A stretch of DNA of 64,000 nucleotides from Haplodiscus bocki (GCA_965655095.1 OZ296659.1:26040001-26104000), one strand, 5' to 3'. Shown: positions 1 to 14,750, numbered from the stretch's first letter. A program made the numbers and translations. Notes: generated from the letters alone by a model not told the origin.

Positions 1-3000
1 GATAAGAGAAAAATTTATTGACATACATGAGGAAAGTGAAAGTGATAAAGATGCCACAGGTTGTTCAAATGGAGATGGAAACCCTCAGAAATTATTGGGT
101 GACGATGAGCTGACTATGAATTCTCTTGTAGAGGATCAACTAACGAACAAAAATGGAAAAGGCAAGTGAGATTCATGTAGCGACGAACACGGCGAATTTA
201 TTCACAAAATCGAAAGAAAAATGACATCATCTAACCATGTCATATGATTTCCTCCTACATATAACAAACTGATGAATTGAATATTTCTGCTTAGCAGCGT
301 GATCTAATTCGTCTCAAGACCTCTTGAATGCACGACGTAATTTATTTTCCCTCGTCAAAATGCAATTTGATAGGCTACGATTGATCTGGAAGAACATTTT
401 AATCACTTCAAAATCAACCCGATGGAAAAAGTTTCCAGGTCAATGCAGCAAATCTACAATTTCTCGTTTTCCTGCTCCGAAGCCATCGAACTGAGCATCA
501 AAATTACATAAGTGTTTCAAGAAAGCAGTGAGCTAGAGCAATGATTACAGTGAATTCACAACATTATCACGGTGGCTAGTCTCAGCTCCGAATTTGTATT
601 TTAGTATCATAACTCCGAATTAAGAGTTGACACTCTAGTGAAGGCATGTTGATTCTATTTGTTTGAACTGAATGATTTTAATTGTTTCTGACAATTTTCC
701 CTTTAATTTAATATTTACTTCCCAAAATTTTCGCATTATGGCACCAATTTATTTCTTTTAAGTTAATCAATTTATTTTGAACTTGATTTCCGCATCAGAA
801 TTAGTTATTTTAAACGTTACGAAAATGATACCAAAGAAACTCCAGGTACGCTAATTTAATTCGGATTTATGCACTTCGTTTCCTCCTTTCGGAGCTATGA
901 AAATTCGGAGCTACGAGAAGTTACCAGGAACAGAGCCATCAGATAACGACTTTGTACGTTTTTAACATTATTGTAATTTTGTAAAAATTCAGTTTTTGGT
1001 TCACAAAATTCAATCCAACCTTTTCTATCTGATGTTTGATATTTCGGCTTCTTGGGTTGATCAAACAATCAATATGCTTAATATTACTGACCTTTGAATT
1101 ACGGAGACCATTCTGGTTCAAAAGAGAGGCCCGGAAACACACATACGCTGTGACAATAGCATTATTGACGCAGAAAATTCAGTTTCGATGGATTGCAGGC
1201 GACAAAGAAAAATGCCGGATACAACACCTAATTCGGACGAACTAAAAAACTTTTATGGGGCGTTAGTTCCAACGGGCTGCCGATTCTTCTTGGATGGGCA
1301 CAATCATAAAAAGGGATAACCATCGTTTCATTCCCAAAGTACATGATAAGAGAAAAATTTATTGACATACATGAGGAAAGTGAAAGTGATAAAGATGCCA
1401 CAGGTTGTTCAAATGGAGATGGAAACCCTCAGAAATTATTGGGTGACGATGAGCTGACTATGAATTCTCTTGTAGAGGATCAACTAAGGAACAAAAATAG
1501 AAAAGGCAAGTGAGATTCATGTAGCGACGAACACGGCGAATTTATTCACAAAATCGAAAGAAAAATGACATCATCTAACCATGTCATATGATTTCCTCCT
1601 ACATATAACAAACTGATGAATTGAATATTTCTGCTTAGCAGCGTGATCTAATTCGTCTCAAGACCTCTTGAATGCACGACGTAATTTATTTTCCCTCGTC
1701 AAAATGCAATTTGATAGGCTACGATTGATCTGGAAGAACATTTTAATCACTTCAAAATCAACCCGATGGAAAAAGTTTCCAGGTCAATGCAGCAAATCTA
1801 CAATTTCTCGTTTTCCTGCTCCGAAGCCATCGAAATGAGCATCAAAATTACATAAGTGTTTCAAGAAAGCAGTGAGCTAGAGCAATGATTACAGTGAATT
1901 CACAACATTATCACGGTGGCTAGTCTCAGCTCCGAATTTGTATTTTAGTATCATAACTCCGAATTAAGAGTTGACACTCTAGTGAAGGCATGTTGATTCT
2001 ATTTGTTTGAACTGAATGATTTTAATAGTTTCTGACTATTTTCCCTTTAATTTAATATTTACTTCCCAAAATTTTCGCATTATGGCACCAATTTATTTCT
2101 TTTAAGTTAATCAATTTATTTTGAACTTGATTTCCGCATCAGAATTAGTTATTTTAAACGTTACGAAAATGATACCAAAGAAACTCCAGGTACGCTAATT
2201 TAATTCGGATTTATGCACTTCGTTTCCTCCTTTCGGAGCTATGAAAATTCGGAGCTACGAGAGGTTACCAGGAACAGAGCCATCAGATAACGACTTTGTA
2301 CGTTTTTAACATTATTGTAATTTTGTAAAAATTCAGTTTTTGGTTCACAAAATTCAATCCAACCTTTTCTATCAGATGTTTGATATTTCGGCTTCTTGGG
2401 TTGATCAAACAATCGATATGCGTAATATTACTGACCTTTGAATTACGGAGACCATTCTGGTTCAAAAGAGAGGCCCGGAAACACACATACGCTGTGACAA
2501 TAGCATTATTGACGCAGAAAATTCAGTTTCGATGGATTGCAGGCGACAAAGAAAAATGCCGGATACAACACCTAATTCGGACGAACTAAAAAACTTTTAT
2601 GGGGCGTTAGTTCCAACGGGCTGCCGATTCTTCTTGGATGGGCACAATCATAAAAAGGGATAACCATCGTTTCATTCCCAAAGTACATGATAAGAGAAAA
2701 ATTTATTGACATACATGAGGAAAGTGAAAGTGATAAAGATGCCACAGGTTGTTCAAATGGAGATGGAAACCCTCAGAAATTATTGGGTGACGATGAGCTG
2801 ACTATGAATTCTCTTGTAGAGGATCAACTAAGGAACAAAAATAGAAAAGGCAAGTGAGATTCATGTAGCGACGAACACGGCGAATTTATTCACAAAATCG
2901 AAAGAAAAATGACATCATCTAACCATGTCATATGATTTCCTCCTACATATAACAAACTGATGAATTGAATATTTCTGCTTAGCAGCGTGATCTAATTCGT

Positions 3001-4267
3001 CTCAAGACCTCTTGAATGCACGACGTAATTTATTTTCCCTCGTCAAAATGCAATTTGATAGGCTACGATTGATCCGGAAGAACATTTTAAACACTTCAAA
3101 ATCAACCCGATGGAAAAAGTTTCCAGGTCAATGCAGCAAATATACAATTTCTCGTTTTCGTGCTCCGAAGCCATCGAACTGAGCATCAAAATTACATAAG
3201 TGTTTCAAGAAAGCAGTGAGCTAGAGCAATGATTACAGTGAATTCACAACATTATCACGGTGGCTAGTCTCAGCTCCGAATTTGTATTTTAGTATCATAA
3301 CTCCGAATTAAGAGTTGACACTCTAGTGAAGGCATGTTGATTCTATTTGTTTGAACTGAATGATTTTAATTGTTTCTGACAATTTTCCCTTTAATTTAAA
3401 ATTTACTTCCCAAAATTTTCGCATTATGGCACCAATTTATTTCTTTGAAGTTAATCAATTTATTTTGAACTTGATTTCCGCATCAGAATTAGTTATTTTA
3501 ATCGTTACGAAAATGATACCAAAGAAACTCCAGGTACGCTAATTTAATTCGGATTTATGCACTTCGTTTCCTCCTTTCGGAGCTATGAAAATTCGGAGCT
3601 ACGAGAGGTTACCAGGAACAGAGCCATCAGATAACGACTTTGTACGTTTTTAACATTATTGTAATTTTGTAAAAATTCAGTTTTTGGTTCACAAAATTCA
3701 ATCCAACCTTTTCCATCAGATGTTTGATATTTCGGCTTCTTGGGTTGATCAAACAATCAAAATGCGTAATATTACTGACCTTTGAATTACGGAGACCATT
3801 CTGGTTCAAAAGAGAGGCCCGGAAACACACATACGCTGTGACAATAGCATTATTGACGCAGAAAATTCAGTTTCGATGGATTGCAGGCGACAAAGAAAAA
3901 TGCCGGATACAACACCTAATTCGGACGAACTAAAAAACTTTTATGGGGCGTTAGTTTCAAAGGGCTGCCGATTCTTCTTGGATGGGCACAATCATAAGAA
4001 AGGATAACCATCGTTTCAGTCCCAAAGTACATCTTAAGAGAAAAATTTATTGACAAACATGAGGAGAGTGAAAGTGATAAAGATGCCACAGGTTGTTCAA
4101 ATGGAGATGAAAGCCCTCAGAAATTTTTGGGTGACGATGAGCTATGATTTCTCTTGTATGGGATCAACTAAGGAACAAAAATGGAAAAGGAATGTGAGAT
4201 TCATGTAGCGACCAACACGGCGAATTTACTCACAAAATCGAGAGAAAAATGACATCATCTAACCATG
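1..4267. repeat. Tandem array of a 1344-bp unit (>=3.2 copies, continues off the left edge)
   Basis: GATAAGAGAAAAATTTATTGAC recurs at 1, 1345, 2689 and (variant) 4033. Near-identical ORFs recur at 939/2283/3627 and 1036/2380/3724. Similarity ends after AACCATG at ~4267. Confidence 0.97.
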
Positions 4268-5345
4268 ACCCCATTACTTATTTCGATTACTTCCACGCTG
4301 AGTACGTGCAAATAATGTAAAATGTCAAAAAAATTATGCAGAAGAGGATGATATCAATTCAACATTCAATTTGACACTTGAAGGTTTCCGAATACTTTTG
4401 GGAACGGAAAAGTTGATTAATGACGGAACAAGGCGCCTCGCTGGAAGAAAGGCAGACTGTAACTGGTCACAGCTGCCACAACTAACTACCGACATCCAGT
4501 GCCGTTGTTTGAGAGCAGTCAGAAGTGGTACCCGATGGCAGTTGACTTTCGACAACTGGCTTTGCTCCCCTTTTTCATAGCACAAATTATTTTGCCGTGG
4601 TATACAAAGTAGCAACGTTTCAGCTGAATCGTTTCAAGTGATTGAAATTTCAAGACGATAAAGCCCACAAAACATCCGGGCGAGTTTAGCTCCACGAGAA
4701 ACGCGGATTCTTCTACACTACAAAGGTGAGCGCGGTAAAATGGTGGCAAGCGCCCTGTCTTCGTAGCCAGCACATATGAGTGTTTGGTATCTTCCACAAG
4801 GGAGATTGTACCACAAATATGGAAAAAAGACATAATTCACAGCTTCCATCCCGGAAAAAAACAACTTCATGGGGCAAACTGACAATATTGGGCGACTTGT
4901 CATGGTATCAAATGAATAAAGACAATCGCAAACGCTTTTCCCTTTGGACATTTTTTATTTCGATCTTGCAGTAATGAATAGCTGGCTTCTGTAGAGAAGA
5001 AATTCCGACGAAATTGCTCCAAATCAAAAAGCAATGAATTTCTGGGACTGGAAAGCTAATTTTGCATTTGCTTTATCCACAATAATTCAAGCAATGAAAC
5101 ACAAAGTGAGACGCCCGATTCTCAGATGTCAAATATGGTCATTGCTTGAAAAAAACGTAGGGGACCAAAACCTATTCCAGTGACGGAAAGAAGATGCGAT
5201 GAATTCGCTGACTGGCCCAAATTGGATGAAAAACGAGGGGGGATGCAAGTTTCCTGAGTGCAAAAGGCCTAATACAAACCCGATGCGCGCAAAACGTGAA
5301 GCTTTTTTATGTTTTACGAAGGAGAAGAACTTTCACAAAGCAAGC
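4033..5345 (+). pseudogene. Decayed piggyBac-family transposase
   Basis: Frameshifted motifs in piggyBac order: acidic N-terminus, NYAEE..F.LTLEGFRILLG, LTFDNWLCSP (DNWF motif), NNFMGQTD (YNxxMGGVD-like), FDLAVMNSWLL, and a C-terminal Cys-rich domain remnant WP..EKRG.CKFPECK...FLCFTKEKNFH. Confidence 0.8.
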
Positions 5346-5399
5346 CTAATTGTTGCGCTACGGAGACGCTCTCGTATAATTCACAGACTCTCCCGATGT

Positions 5400-8300
5400 C
5401 TCCTTCTGCAAAGACGAACACCACTTTGAACCAGCAACAAAATGCTCGCATTGCAAAAAAATCATACAAAATCACCAAGCCAAATTCCAACTCAAATGTC
5501 AATTCTTTACAAAATCGTTCTACCTCACTATTACAAGCCGTTAACACTGACTCGTTATCAGCGGCAGATATTTACATTACAAGCATACGCATGTCATCAA
5601 ACAAAAGCCACGGCCATGATTCCATCCCGCATACTGAGCAACAGCATGCAAAACAAAGAAAACAAACTGACAATGCTACATTACCAAACAAAGGCCAAAA
5701 AGGAGTCACTGCAAAATCTTCAGAATCAGTACGCAAAAAAAATCTGACGATACACAAAGCCAACTTAACAATTCAAATGGGAGAGAACGCCGTGAGAAAA
5801 TGAGTCAAGAAAGTGAACACCAAAACCCAACTATTCCAATGCTCTCACTGGTGAAACGCTACATCAGAACGTCACGTAGTTGTCAAAATGACTATAATTC
5901 CCACTATACCTAAAGAACACTTCGAGAAGGCAAATCTGCTGCAGCAGGACATAGAAGGAACAATAAGCGTCATTCTTCTGATCTTCAAACCGCAACCTAG
6001 AAAAATGGTCAGAGTTTCAAAAAGGAACGTGAGGAAAGCAAATCGGTACCCCCAAGTACTCATAGTTTCTGCCCCAGAAGAAGCACCTGAAGATGTAGAG
6101 CGTGCTGAAAATCCAGGCTCCCAATGATGTAACGAACCATATTTCCAACTGGAACTGAAGACTTGGTAGCTTTCAAACTCAGTTTACCCAAAGCGCACAT
6201 CGATTCGCATAACAAATCTTCTTGTATTAAGCTGCGACGATTCACTACTACTATTGCTAGAGATCCCGCTGCTCAGACACCCACACGGAAAGATTACCGG
6301 CGAGAGACGCGAAACAGAACTGCGGCCAAATTACACCGGACGGGCAATTATTCCTATACTAACTGATAATCAAGAACAACAAAAATTCAACATAAATCTC
6401 TAAAGAAGTCCTGGCACGAGGTGCCAGAGTTGTTGGGCGTACCAGTCTACGCAAGCATCCCATTCTTACACAGTTGTGATCTTTGTAAAGCAGAAGGCAG
6501 CAGAAAGTGGCGGGGCTATGCCCAATTGTGGTGCCGCATCAACGGGAAAAATCTTGTTCCAGCAACATCAGAGGAAAGAAGTGATGGTGGGAACGAAGTC
6601 GATGACGTTCAGCAACAAAATGAAGCTGAACAAAGCGAAAATAGCCATGATCCAACAACCGCAACAAAGCGAACACAAGGTGCTGCGTCAACAGCTCACG
6701 AGGATGTGATGAACGTCACAGAGCTCCTGGAGGACGGTAAACTACAAGATGAAACCGCGTCTGAAAATTGGTATGAAACTGCAACAAAGACCTTCACCCC
6801 CAAGAGAATCACCCACCATCGGAAAATTCTAACAGCCCGATGACAAAAACTAACCAGTAAATTTCAAGTTCTACAGGAAAACTACATAAACAAAAACGAT
6901 AACCATAATGACTGATTTATTCTGTCTCAACACGAGCAGCCTTCTTCAAGCAACAAGACTGCTCGAAGTATGCGACCAAATACCTAAAAAGATAAAAATC
7001 TGGTAAGTTCATTCATTAAGGACGTTACAAGAAACAAAATCTGAAAAAATGAAAGAGCAGCATCTAAAAATTCTAAAGATATTTCAAACTAAAATACCAG
7101 ATAGTACCTTCGCATAATTGTTCCTGAGGACTTTTATCGTTGCACCCGGACTCGATGCAAAGCGAAACTATCTTTATTATTATTTCGTGCTTGATCATCA
7201 AAACTAACGATACCTTCTACGTGAACTACTATCTCAACCCCAAAGATAACTTTGCAAAACACCCTCTCAGCTCTCTAGATAACGTAAGCACATCGCATCC
7301 TGACGAAAGTGTTATGGCTGGCGACTTTCACGCCGTTGACGCAGAAGACATGAAAGTCCCGTTTGCGGAAAAAAATACGGTCAAAAACAATGATATACGT
7401 GTTCTGCGACAGAGCTTTGGTAACGGCACTCAATCCTTACGAATTGCTTGACATAGCAGAATATCTAAAGACCTTACTTCCAGCTCGATATGATGAGCGT
7501 ACAAGAAGTTCAGTCGAGTTGACTAAATCTTCCATAATCGTAAACGAAAATTCAACGAAGTAAGAAGACGAAATACATCCTTTTCAGACCATAAAATGAT
7601 ACATGCTTTCCACCGACCTTATATGTTGAGCAAACCGGATGTTGGAAATTTAATGATGGAAATCTGAGATCTAAAGACAAAATTGAATCAATTTTAGAGG
7701 ACTGCATCCCAATACCTGACAGTCAAGACAAAGTACTAAAAACTTATATGTTGAAAAATCAAGCACGGGAAAAACTGAGACCGCTTTGCATTATACAAAG
7801 CCGACTCTGTCATAAACACCTGAAGTCTTTGCGAAAAAAACTCAATTTTTCGAACGACAACCCAGCGAACCAAATGCAGATAACAACGCAAAAACTAGTA
7901 TGACCAAAGATTTAGATCAAACCCAAAAACTATTTATTACAGGAACTCAACACAGAAAAAGCATATTTAATGAAAAACGGTTTTTTTAAAGCAAATGAAG
8001 GCGATCCAAAGATTGTGCGACAACTTGTAACCTTAATGAGGGTCCCAGATCGCATTTTTGAGATTGATATCGAAGGAGGAGAACTTCAGCGAATTTCAAT
8101 GATGTTTTTTTTTTTAAAAAAAGCCAGTTTTTATGCAATCAGTATCGAAAACCTACATATACTAATCATGAGAAACAAAAAAACTATATTGAGTTTTACA
8201 ATGAATTTTTAGCCAAAAACGAGTGGACGTGACACAATGCCAGAATTCACGGCAGCTGAAAATGAAACAGCATAAGAAAAAAGAACAAAGTGCGCCTGGT

Positions 8301-10280
8301 CTGGACGGACTAATTTCGTCCTTTAGGACGTTCAGACAGCTTTGTGTCGTTTCTCCCGGATTTTCTCAATGGAATGTTCGAAAAAGATGATGCTCCTCTT
8401 TCATAACACTAAGCTTACTTAAAATAATTACCTAAAAAAGTTGAAATAGTTATAAATGTGTCTGAATGAAGACCTTCAAGCCTCAATTACGCCGATGAAA
8501 AGATTTTCCCGCACATTTTGACCGGAAGAATTAAACATATTCTAGATAACATCATAGACCACACCAATATGCACACCTACCGAAACGAAATATTCATAGC
8601 TCTATTACTAAAATTCGAGTATTTTCTAGTGAAATGAAGAAAAACGATGCCCTGCTGGCCACTGATTTCACAAAAACAATTGACAATGTTAGGAGAGATT
8701 ATCTTTAGCCAATAGTAAAAAAACTGCCAGTTTCACAGAAAACGAAGTCTCCCATACACCTGATGCATCGTAATAATCGGTCGCATGTAGATATCTACTT
8801 AGAGTAGTCAAAACAAATAAAAATTGAAAAAGGAGTCGGAATGTCCTTCGTCCGCATTATTGTTCAATCTCTGTATAAACAGGTTATTGCGTAGAATTGA
8901 AGATATAAAAAATACATCGTTATAAAAACAAAATATTGTTGCATTTGCCAACATCACTTCATTTGTAGTTAATCAATCAGTTCCGAGAATCTTGCGAGGT
9001 TTTGAGGAATCCAAAGAGATTTCAGGCCTTGAAAGAAATTTTACAAAATCGGAGTTGATCACAAAAAATACAGCTTTGAAGAAAATCATACCACATCTGG
9101 AAGTGGTCAAAGAAACAAAAATCTCAGGTATAGGAAGCTCAAAAAATGCGTCAGTTTCCACAGAAATGAAAGCAAACTCATACAAACTCGTAAAGAGAGA
9201 TTCTAAGTTTGTGACACAAGCCACAAGTTTTGAGAGTAGGTGCACGCAACCTTGAAACTTCTGTCTTCTCCAAAACCATCTAACAATTGTAACATGCAAC
9301 AAAAAACTAAACATTTTAGAACAAACTGAATGGAAAGATAAATGATCTGTTTTGGAGGTAAAAGCAACACCGTGTACAAAAAGATAATGATACACTCAAA
9401 AATTCAGGATGGGCAATAGATTCAAACGTCTAAGACAAGCATTACCCACAGCAAAGATCGTAAAAGTCTCGTTAGAATGCTTGCACAAAAAAAACGAGGC
9501 TGAGCGAGCCGCTTTTCAAAAATCAAAAAGGTTCGAAAAGATATGCGATGATTTACGAAAAGACAGCATTTGCGTCACTTCTTCATCAAAAATCGAAATC
9601 ATGCATTTTTTCTCAACTTCGTAATTAAAAAAGAAACAAAATTTAAAGCTATCTATAAATTCTTAACAAACTATTTTTAATGTTTCATGCAATAGCAAGA
9701 TTGTAATGACTACAAGCAAAACTTGCCAATAAACGTCTTGCACCACTATCTCGAAAAATTACAGGAGAGGAAAAATTTACAAACTTTTGAGAGAAACTAG
9801 TTATATATTTTCATCATGAACTCATGAGTAGGACTTGAAAATGGGAAAAACAACTTGTGCCGGAAACCGTGCTTCCTATGTGAACACACCTTCGAAAATT
9901 GGAATCATCTATAGTAATGTGACGCAACAAAATGCTTCTGACTGGAACTCAAATTCAAGAAGAGAGAAAATATGGAAAGACAATACCGGCCAATGGCAAA
10001 AAACTAGTTATTGCATTCATGGTAGCGTCATGGTCCTGTGAGAGAGGTCTTTACCCAAGTTTTTCTATAACATAAAAAACGAAAAATCAAGTCGCATAAT
10101 TTTAAAATAAATAGGTTCTCCGTTTTATAATTGGTCCAGGTTCTTCGTTTCAATAACATTTCATTGTCATGTCAATTACTTTATTACATGCATATTACTT
10201 CTATACTGCTACGTGCTTTTTAGTAACATTTGTTGCATGGTATGCTATTTTACTGAGATTCTGCTGTAATTGTAATTAAA
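5400..10280 (+). mobile_element. Decayed L1/Tx1-clade non-LTR retrotransposon (ORF1 ~5420-6915, ORF2 6908-~10060)
   Basis: ORF2 remnants: MTDLFCLN, LQETK, VMAGDFHAVD, FSDHKMI, GCWKFN, APGLDGL, RPSSLNYADEKIF, DFTKTIDNV, SGLERNFTKSE, and a C-terminal CFLC..ENWNHL zinc knuckle. Many stops and frameshifts. Confidence 0.85.
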
Positions 10281-11829
10281 AAGATTTATGGATTTTCGGC
10301 TTTTGGGAAAGTCAATTTTCAAAAAAGCAGAAAAATCAATTGGTCTCAATACAAATTTTCCGACGAAAAGGAAGTCAAATAATCGAAAAACCAGGAATGA
10401 TTTCGAATTTCGCTGTCGACGAAGAAAGCAAGCATCGCTCTGAACAAATAAATCGACTTCTTTTCTGACCTTCTCCTTCATCAAGGTAGCTGGTTTGAGA
10501 TCAATATATGTGAAGAGCCGAAAATGAGATGGAGAGGAAAGATAAACCGAAAGTCCAGGTATTAGTGGGAGCAGTGTTTTGAGACGTGCAAGAAAAGATT
10601 TACCGGGACTTGTGAATGTGAAATTCGCTCCAAGAGAGACAAGATTTAAAATGCTGAACAAATGTGACGGGAACAGAAAGTGTCGCGCTTATCAAACATG
10701 GATGACCGAAAAAGTATTACAAAATTTCGCAGTTCAAAATAAGTTAGATCGAACGCCTTAAATAACTATACTTTCGCCAACGTTCAGGTTGAATGAATTC
10801 TCAACGGATAGCACGAGATGGATAAGACCACATGAACCTATGGCCGAAATGAACGCGCTTGGTAAATCTATAGGTAATAGGGTCAGTGGAATTGAGTTTT
10901 GCTGAACCAGCAGACACAAATGTGAAAACGCGGAGAAAAGAACTCATTTCACGAGCTTACAGACAAATTAAACTTTCAACAATACGAGCTCAAAAAGGCT
11001 ATCAAATTTCCAACTAAAACAGTTGAACTTTTGAGCGCCCGTCCCGTACGTTTCCCTGATTATTCTTCTCAAACTTTATCTCTAATATTTAACATCTTTT
11101 TATTATCATATCTAACTCTTCAATTTATTCAAGTTCATCTTAGCCCCTTTAGTCCTGATTGCACTTGATTGCCTTTCAAACGTTCATTCTTCTTCTTCAA
11201 CTTTAGATTGGATTTCACCGTTTCTATCTAGTTTGTTCAATTTTTCCCAAGGGTAATAAAGCTCCTGACTTTTTCCGTGGACATTCATTTGTTTTTTTTC
11301 TGCTGTCATCAGGGTGCAGGTTTCACAAAGAATGCTGAAACTCAAGTGTATCGATGAAGTCACGATGAAGAAGTATCCTGGTGAGCGCGAACAATGCGAT
11401 GAACAGTGCAAGCAACATCAAAGTTTTGTAATGCGGGGAACTAGAACAATCAATGCGAAGCCATAACTGATGAAATAAACGGAGACAACTTTGTGCCAAC
11501 TTGACCTACGTTTTCTGTGTAGTTTCATGCATACATAGCCTCACTTTCTCATTTTATGTTTGAAATTAGGGGCATCAGGTTTTTTTGCTGCTTCTTATTT
11601 CTTAAACTTTCTCTTATGAAAAGTTCGAACCCATATTTGTATGCATAAATCTTGCAAGGGACATCCTGACCTCATAAACGCGATTGGAAAAAGATAATTT
11701 CGTTTGAAGTATTTATTGAACGACACAAAAAAGGAAGCATATCGGTTCTAGATATCGAAATGTGAAGACTATGGAAAATTTCTCAGCTGCTGAGCCATCT
11801 TATTCAGCAAGGATCTGAACCCTTACAAA

Positions 11830-14620
11830 AGCAAGATGAAAACGTACCCAATTGCTGTCAAAAACAGAGACCAATTAAATCTCGAAGCAACCAATCGCAA
11901 GAAAGATGGAGGCAAATGCACTTGAAAAAACGGGAACCTGGTAAGCGGAAGCAGCATTATCCAACACATCAAACTGAATGACTTACCGGCCGATGTTCTC
12001 ATCCACTCCTTTTCGGGAAATATCATAGAAAAAATAATGACCACGGAATAATACGAGCATCATCCATTCAAGAGTTAACCCTGCAGGACAAACTACCGAA
12101 GCAATTGAGTAAATTCGCGGACAGCTTTTCAACCAACATATGAAGCTCGTCGGCATCCAAGAAAAACTTATGCTTCTGCAATTATTTCTTACGGAAGTTC
12201 CTCCGAAATGTGCGGATGATCCAGATAGTAAAAAACGAGTTGCTGATTTCAACGAGCTTCCGAATGGCTTTGTTTAGCATACATGCTTTCAACGAATACA
12301 TGCTATCTATATCCGAGCATTCAGAGTCCTTGGTTCAAGAGAAAACTGAAACACAGTCATTTTACATGGATGAAATACATCTTAACTCTCATGAAGGTCT
12401 GCTGCTAAACAAGAACATGATTATGAGTAAATTGGAAGCGCCTAGCAATGTGAATAGAGATGAAAAAAACTACTTCAGTGAAACTTTGGAAAATTCCATC
12501 CTTACAAGCACTCTATGAGACTCAAACCTTACGTATATAGATACCGAAACCCTCGCAACAACCACTTTAACAACTAGCAAGGTATTCATTAACATCATTA
12601 CAAAATGTTACAACTCAAATTCAAGTCGCATTTATCAAGCCCATCATGGTATTTCCCCAATGGCTATTTTGAGATTGGGCGGTCAATAACCCATGATTTG
12701 TTAATGATCTATTACTTATCTAAGTTTTCGATCACTCTGCTAGTACTCTTGTACACTATCCCAAACACATACAAATACGAGTGGTTTCTTTCAAGCAAAC
12801 TTTACGAGAAAGCCGATGCTTTTTAATCAGGAAGACACTAAGAATCAGGGGAGGTTGAGACGAATCCTGGGCCCAGAGAAACTATACTTTTTAGGAAATC
12901 TTGAAGTGGTCCAAAGACAAGAAGCAGTTCCTGAAATTTTGACTCCTCAGCTGTGATTAAAAAACTACACTGAGATAAAACTCGGAGTAAATAGTTTCGG
13001 TGAAAACACACAAAAGATCGATTAAAGACTCGCGTAAACGTTTGAGAGACGGCCGAAACAGCGATTGCAGTGAGCACGGCAAAAAAGGAGAGGTAGCAAT
13101 TCCTATTCCCATGAAAGTCGAATGCAAAATGAGGCAGCATCTGAACTTTTATGATCCGACTTGGTTCAAAACATAGTGGATTGGAATCAATATCAAATAA
13201 TCCACACTACTCAATGTATGCTACTATCCCATCCGAGCTCGCTTACCACACTTCATTAAAAATATAAGTGACGCACTGAACTTAGCTATTAGAGAAAAAT
13301 CTGAGACCAAATTGGGCGACTTCAACGTCAAGCTTCGGAACGAAAATAAATAGAAAATGGGGTCAGACCCTATGACTTACCATCATGTGTAACGAAAATC
13401 TCGACGAAACATTGTAAAGCGACAGCAACTTCAATTAAATACATCATTACTGAAGAAAATAGATCACGGAAACGTCTGTTAGCGGAATCATCATAGAAAC
13501 AGACCACCGATTGGTGACTGTTGTTACCCCGTTAAAGAAGACCCACAGAGCACATCGACAACAATTAGAACAAGTAGAGACGAGAAGACCTGAAAAGAAA
13601 ACCTATCACTCCACATCAGTATCGATCACACCTACTCACTTAATGGTAGCGAAAGAAAATTACATTGTTTCACGCAAAAATTCAATGAATGTTGTAACAA
13701 TGAATGTTACAGTTTTTACAAAGAACACAAAAGTGGAAGGCGGTAAATTGCTTCCCACAGGAAAAGAATACGAAACTAACGAAGAACAATAAAGTACTTT
13801 CGGAGATCTCAAACTACAAGAGCCTAACCCACTACAAAAGAACAAAAATAGTTCGAGAAATTTCCTTAAGAAATGACTATCTGATGATATCATTTGGTAG
13901 AAATATAACTGATTGTAAACAGATGGATGACATAATGGACTACAGGTTCCTATGTTGGCACGACTCTATCCATGGAATGAACCCATCAAAACAAAGCGAC
14001 ACAGTAAGTAGTAGGAATTGTTTTTTTCGTGTTATCGAATGTATCAACCAGTGAACATTCTTCGAATTCATGTGAAATAAACTATGTAACGGCGTCGGCA
14101 ATCAGAGACTGCTGTAATTATAAATCAATATCTCTAATAATCTCAACAAAGCGAAAAAAATATATAACTCTTTTTCGCGATTCTTCAAAATCAACAGCCA
14201 CTCCAAACTATGAAAAATTGTAATGATTTCAATCACGATACTATCGATCATAGGTAAAAAACGACCATCTCAATAATGTGTACGTTTTAGGAAATTCTGG
14301 AAAATTTACCTTGGTATACAGATAAAATCAATGGAAAACAACCTGTGCTCAGAAAAGGGTTCTTTACAACGGATGCTTCATTAAACACCAGCGAAACGAT
14401 CCAAAATGATGTTTGATAGTCGTTCATATACTTACCCAGAGCCATTGATTCTGTCACATATCCTAATTGAGTACTTTCAAAAATTGGGCGTTTACGATAC
14501 GCCTTCCTCTTTTAAAAAGCTTTTTTTCAGAACCGCGGACGTCGTTCTTCGAACAACATGATTTCAGGGACATCTAAAGAACAATTCTCGGCCCATTGTA
14601 ATTGAGCTGGCAAACTGACA
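11830..14620 (+). mobile_element. Decayed CR1/L2-group LINE with SGNH-type ORF1 and EN-RT remnants
   Basis: LVSGSSIIQHI..VLIHSFSG and FYMDEIHLNSHEG (SGNH blocks), SGEVETNPGP, LGDFNVK, ETDHRLV, and RT-like remnants ending in ILGPL at ~14600. Confidence 0.7.
12842..12874 (+). other. 2A-like (StopGo) peptide remnant ESGEVETNPGP at the ORF2 N-terminus
   Basis: GAA TCA GGG GAG GTT GAG ACG AAT CCT GGG CCC; one substitution from the D(V/I)ExNPGP consensus; lies just upstream of the endonuclease remnants. Confidence 0.75.
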
Positions 14621-14694
14621 GCTCATAACGCTCAACTTGCGTTTTTTTTGTCGTAGCGTTCAAAACTAGCACAAAATGAATCTGCCAATGTCAG

Positions 14695-14750
14695 GAGACA
14701 TTTGGGCAAGTGGTTTATACGACCATACAGGTTCGAATCACATCGCGGCG
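14695..14750 (+). repeat. Possible tRNA-derived SINE head (Pol III A/B boxes)
   Basis: TGGGCAAGTGG followed by GGTTCGAATC. The spacing is abnormally short and there is no cloverleaf. Confidence 0.3.

Noticed and set aside
939-3933. Three copies each of 67-aa and 69-aa ORFs
   Set aside because: They only reflect the 1344-bp tandem repeat; overlapping antisense pairs with no motifs.
6906-6915. TAATG stop-start coupling between L1-like ORF1 and ORF2
   Set aside because: The TAA is not in the ORF1 frame; ORF1 ends at TGA 6913-6915, an ordinary short overlap with ATG 6908.
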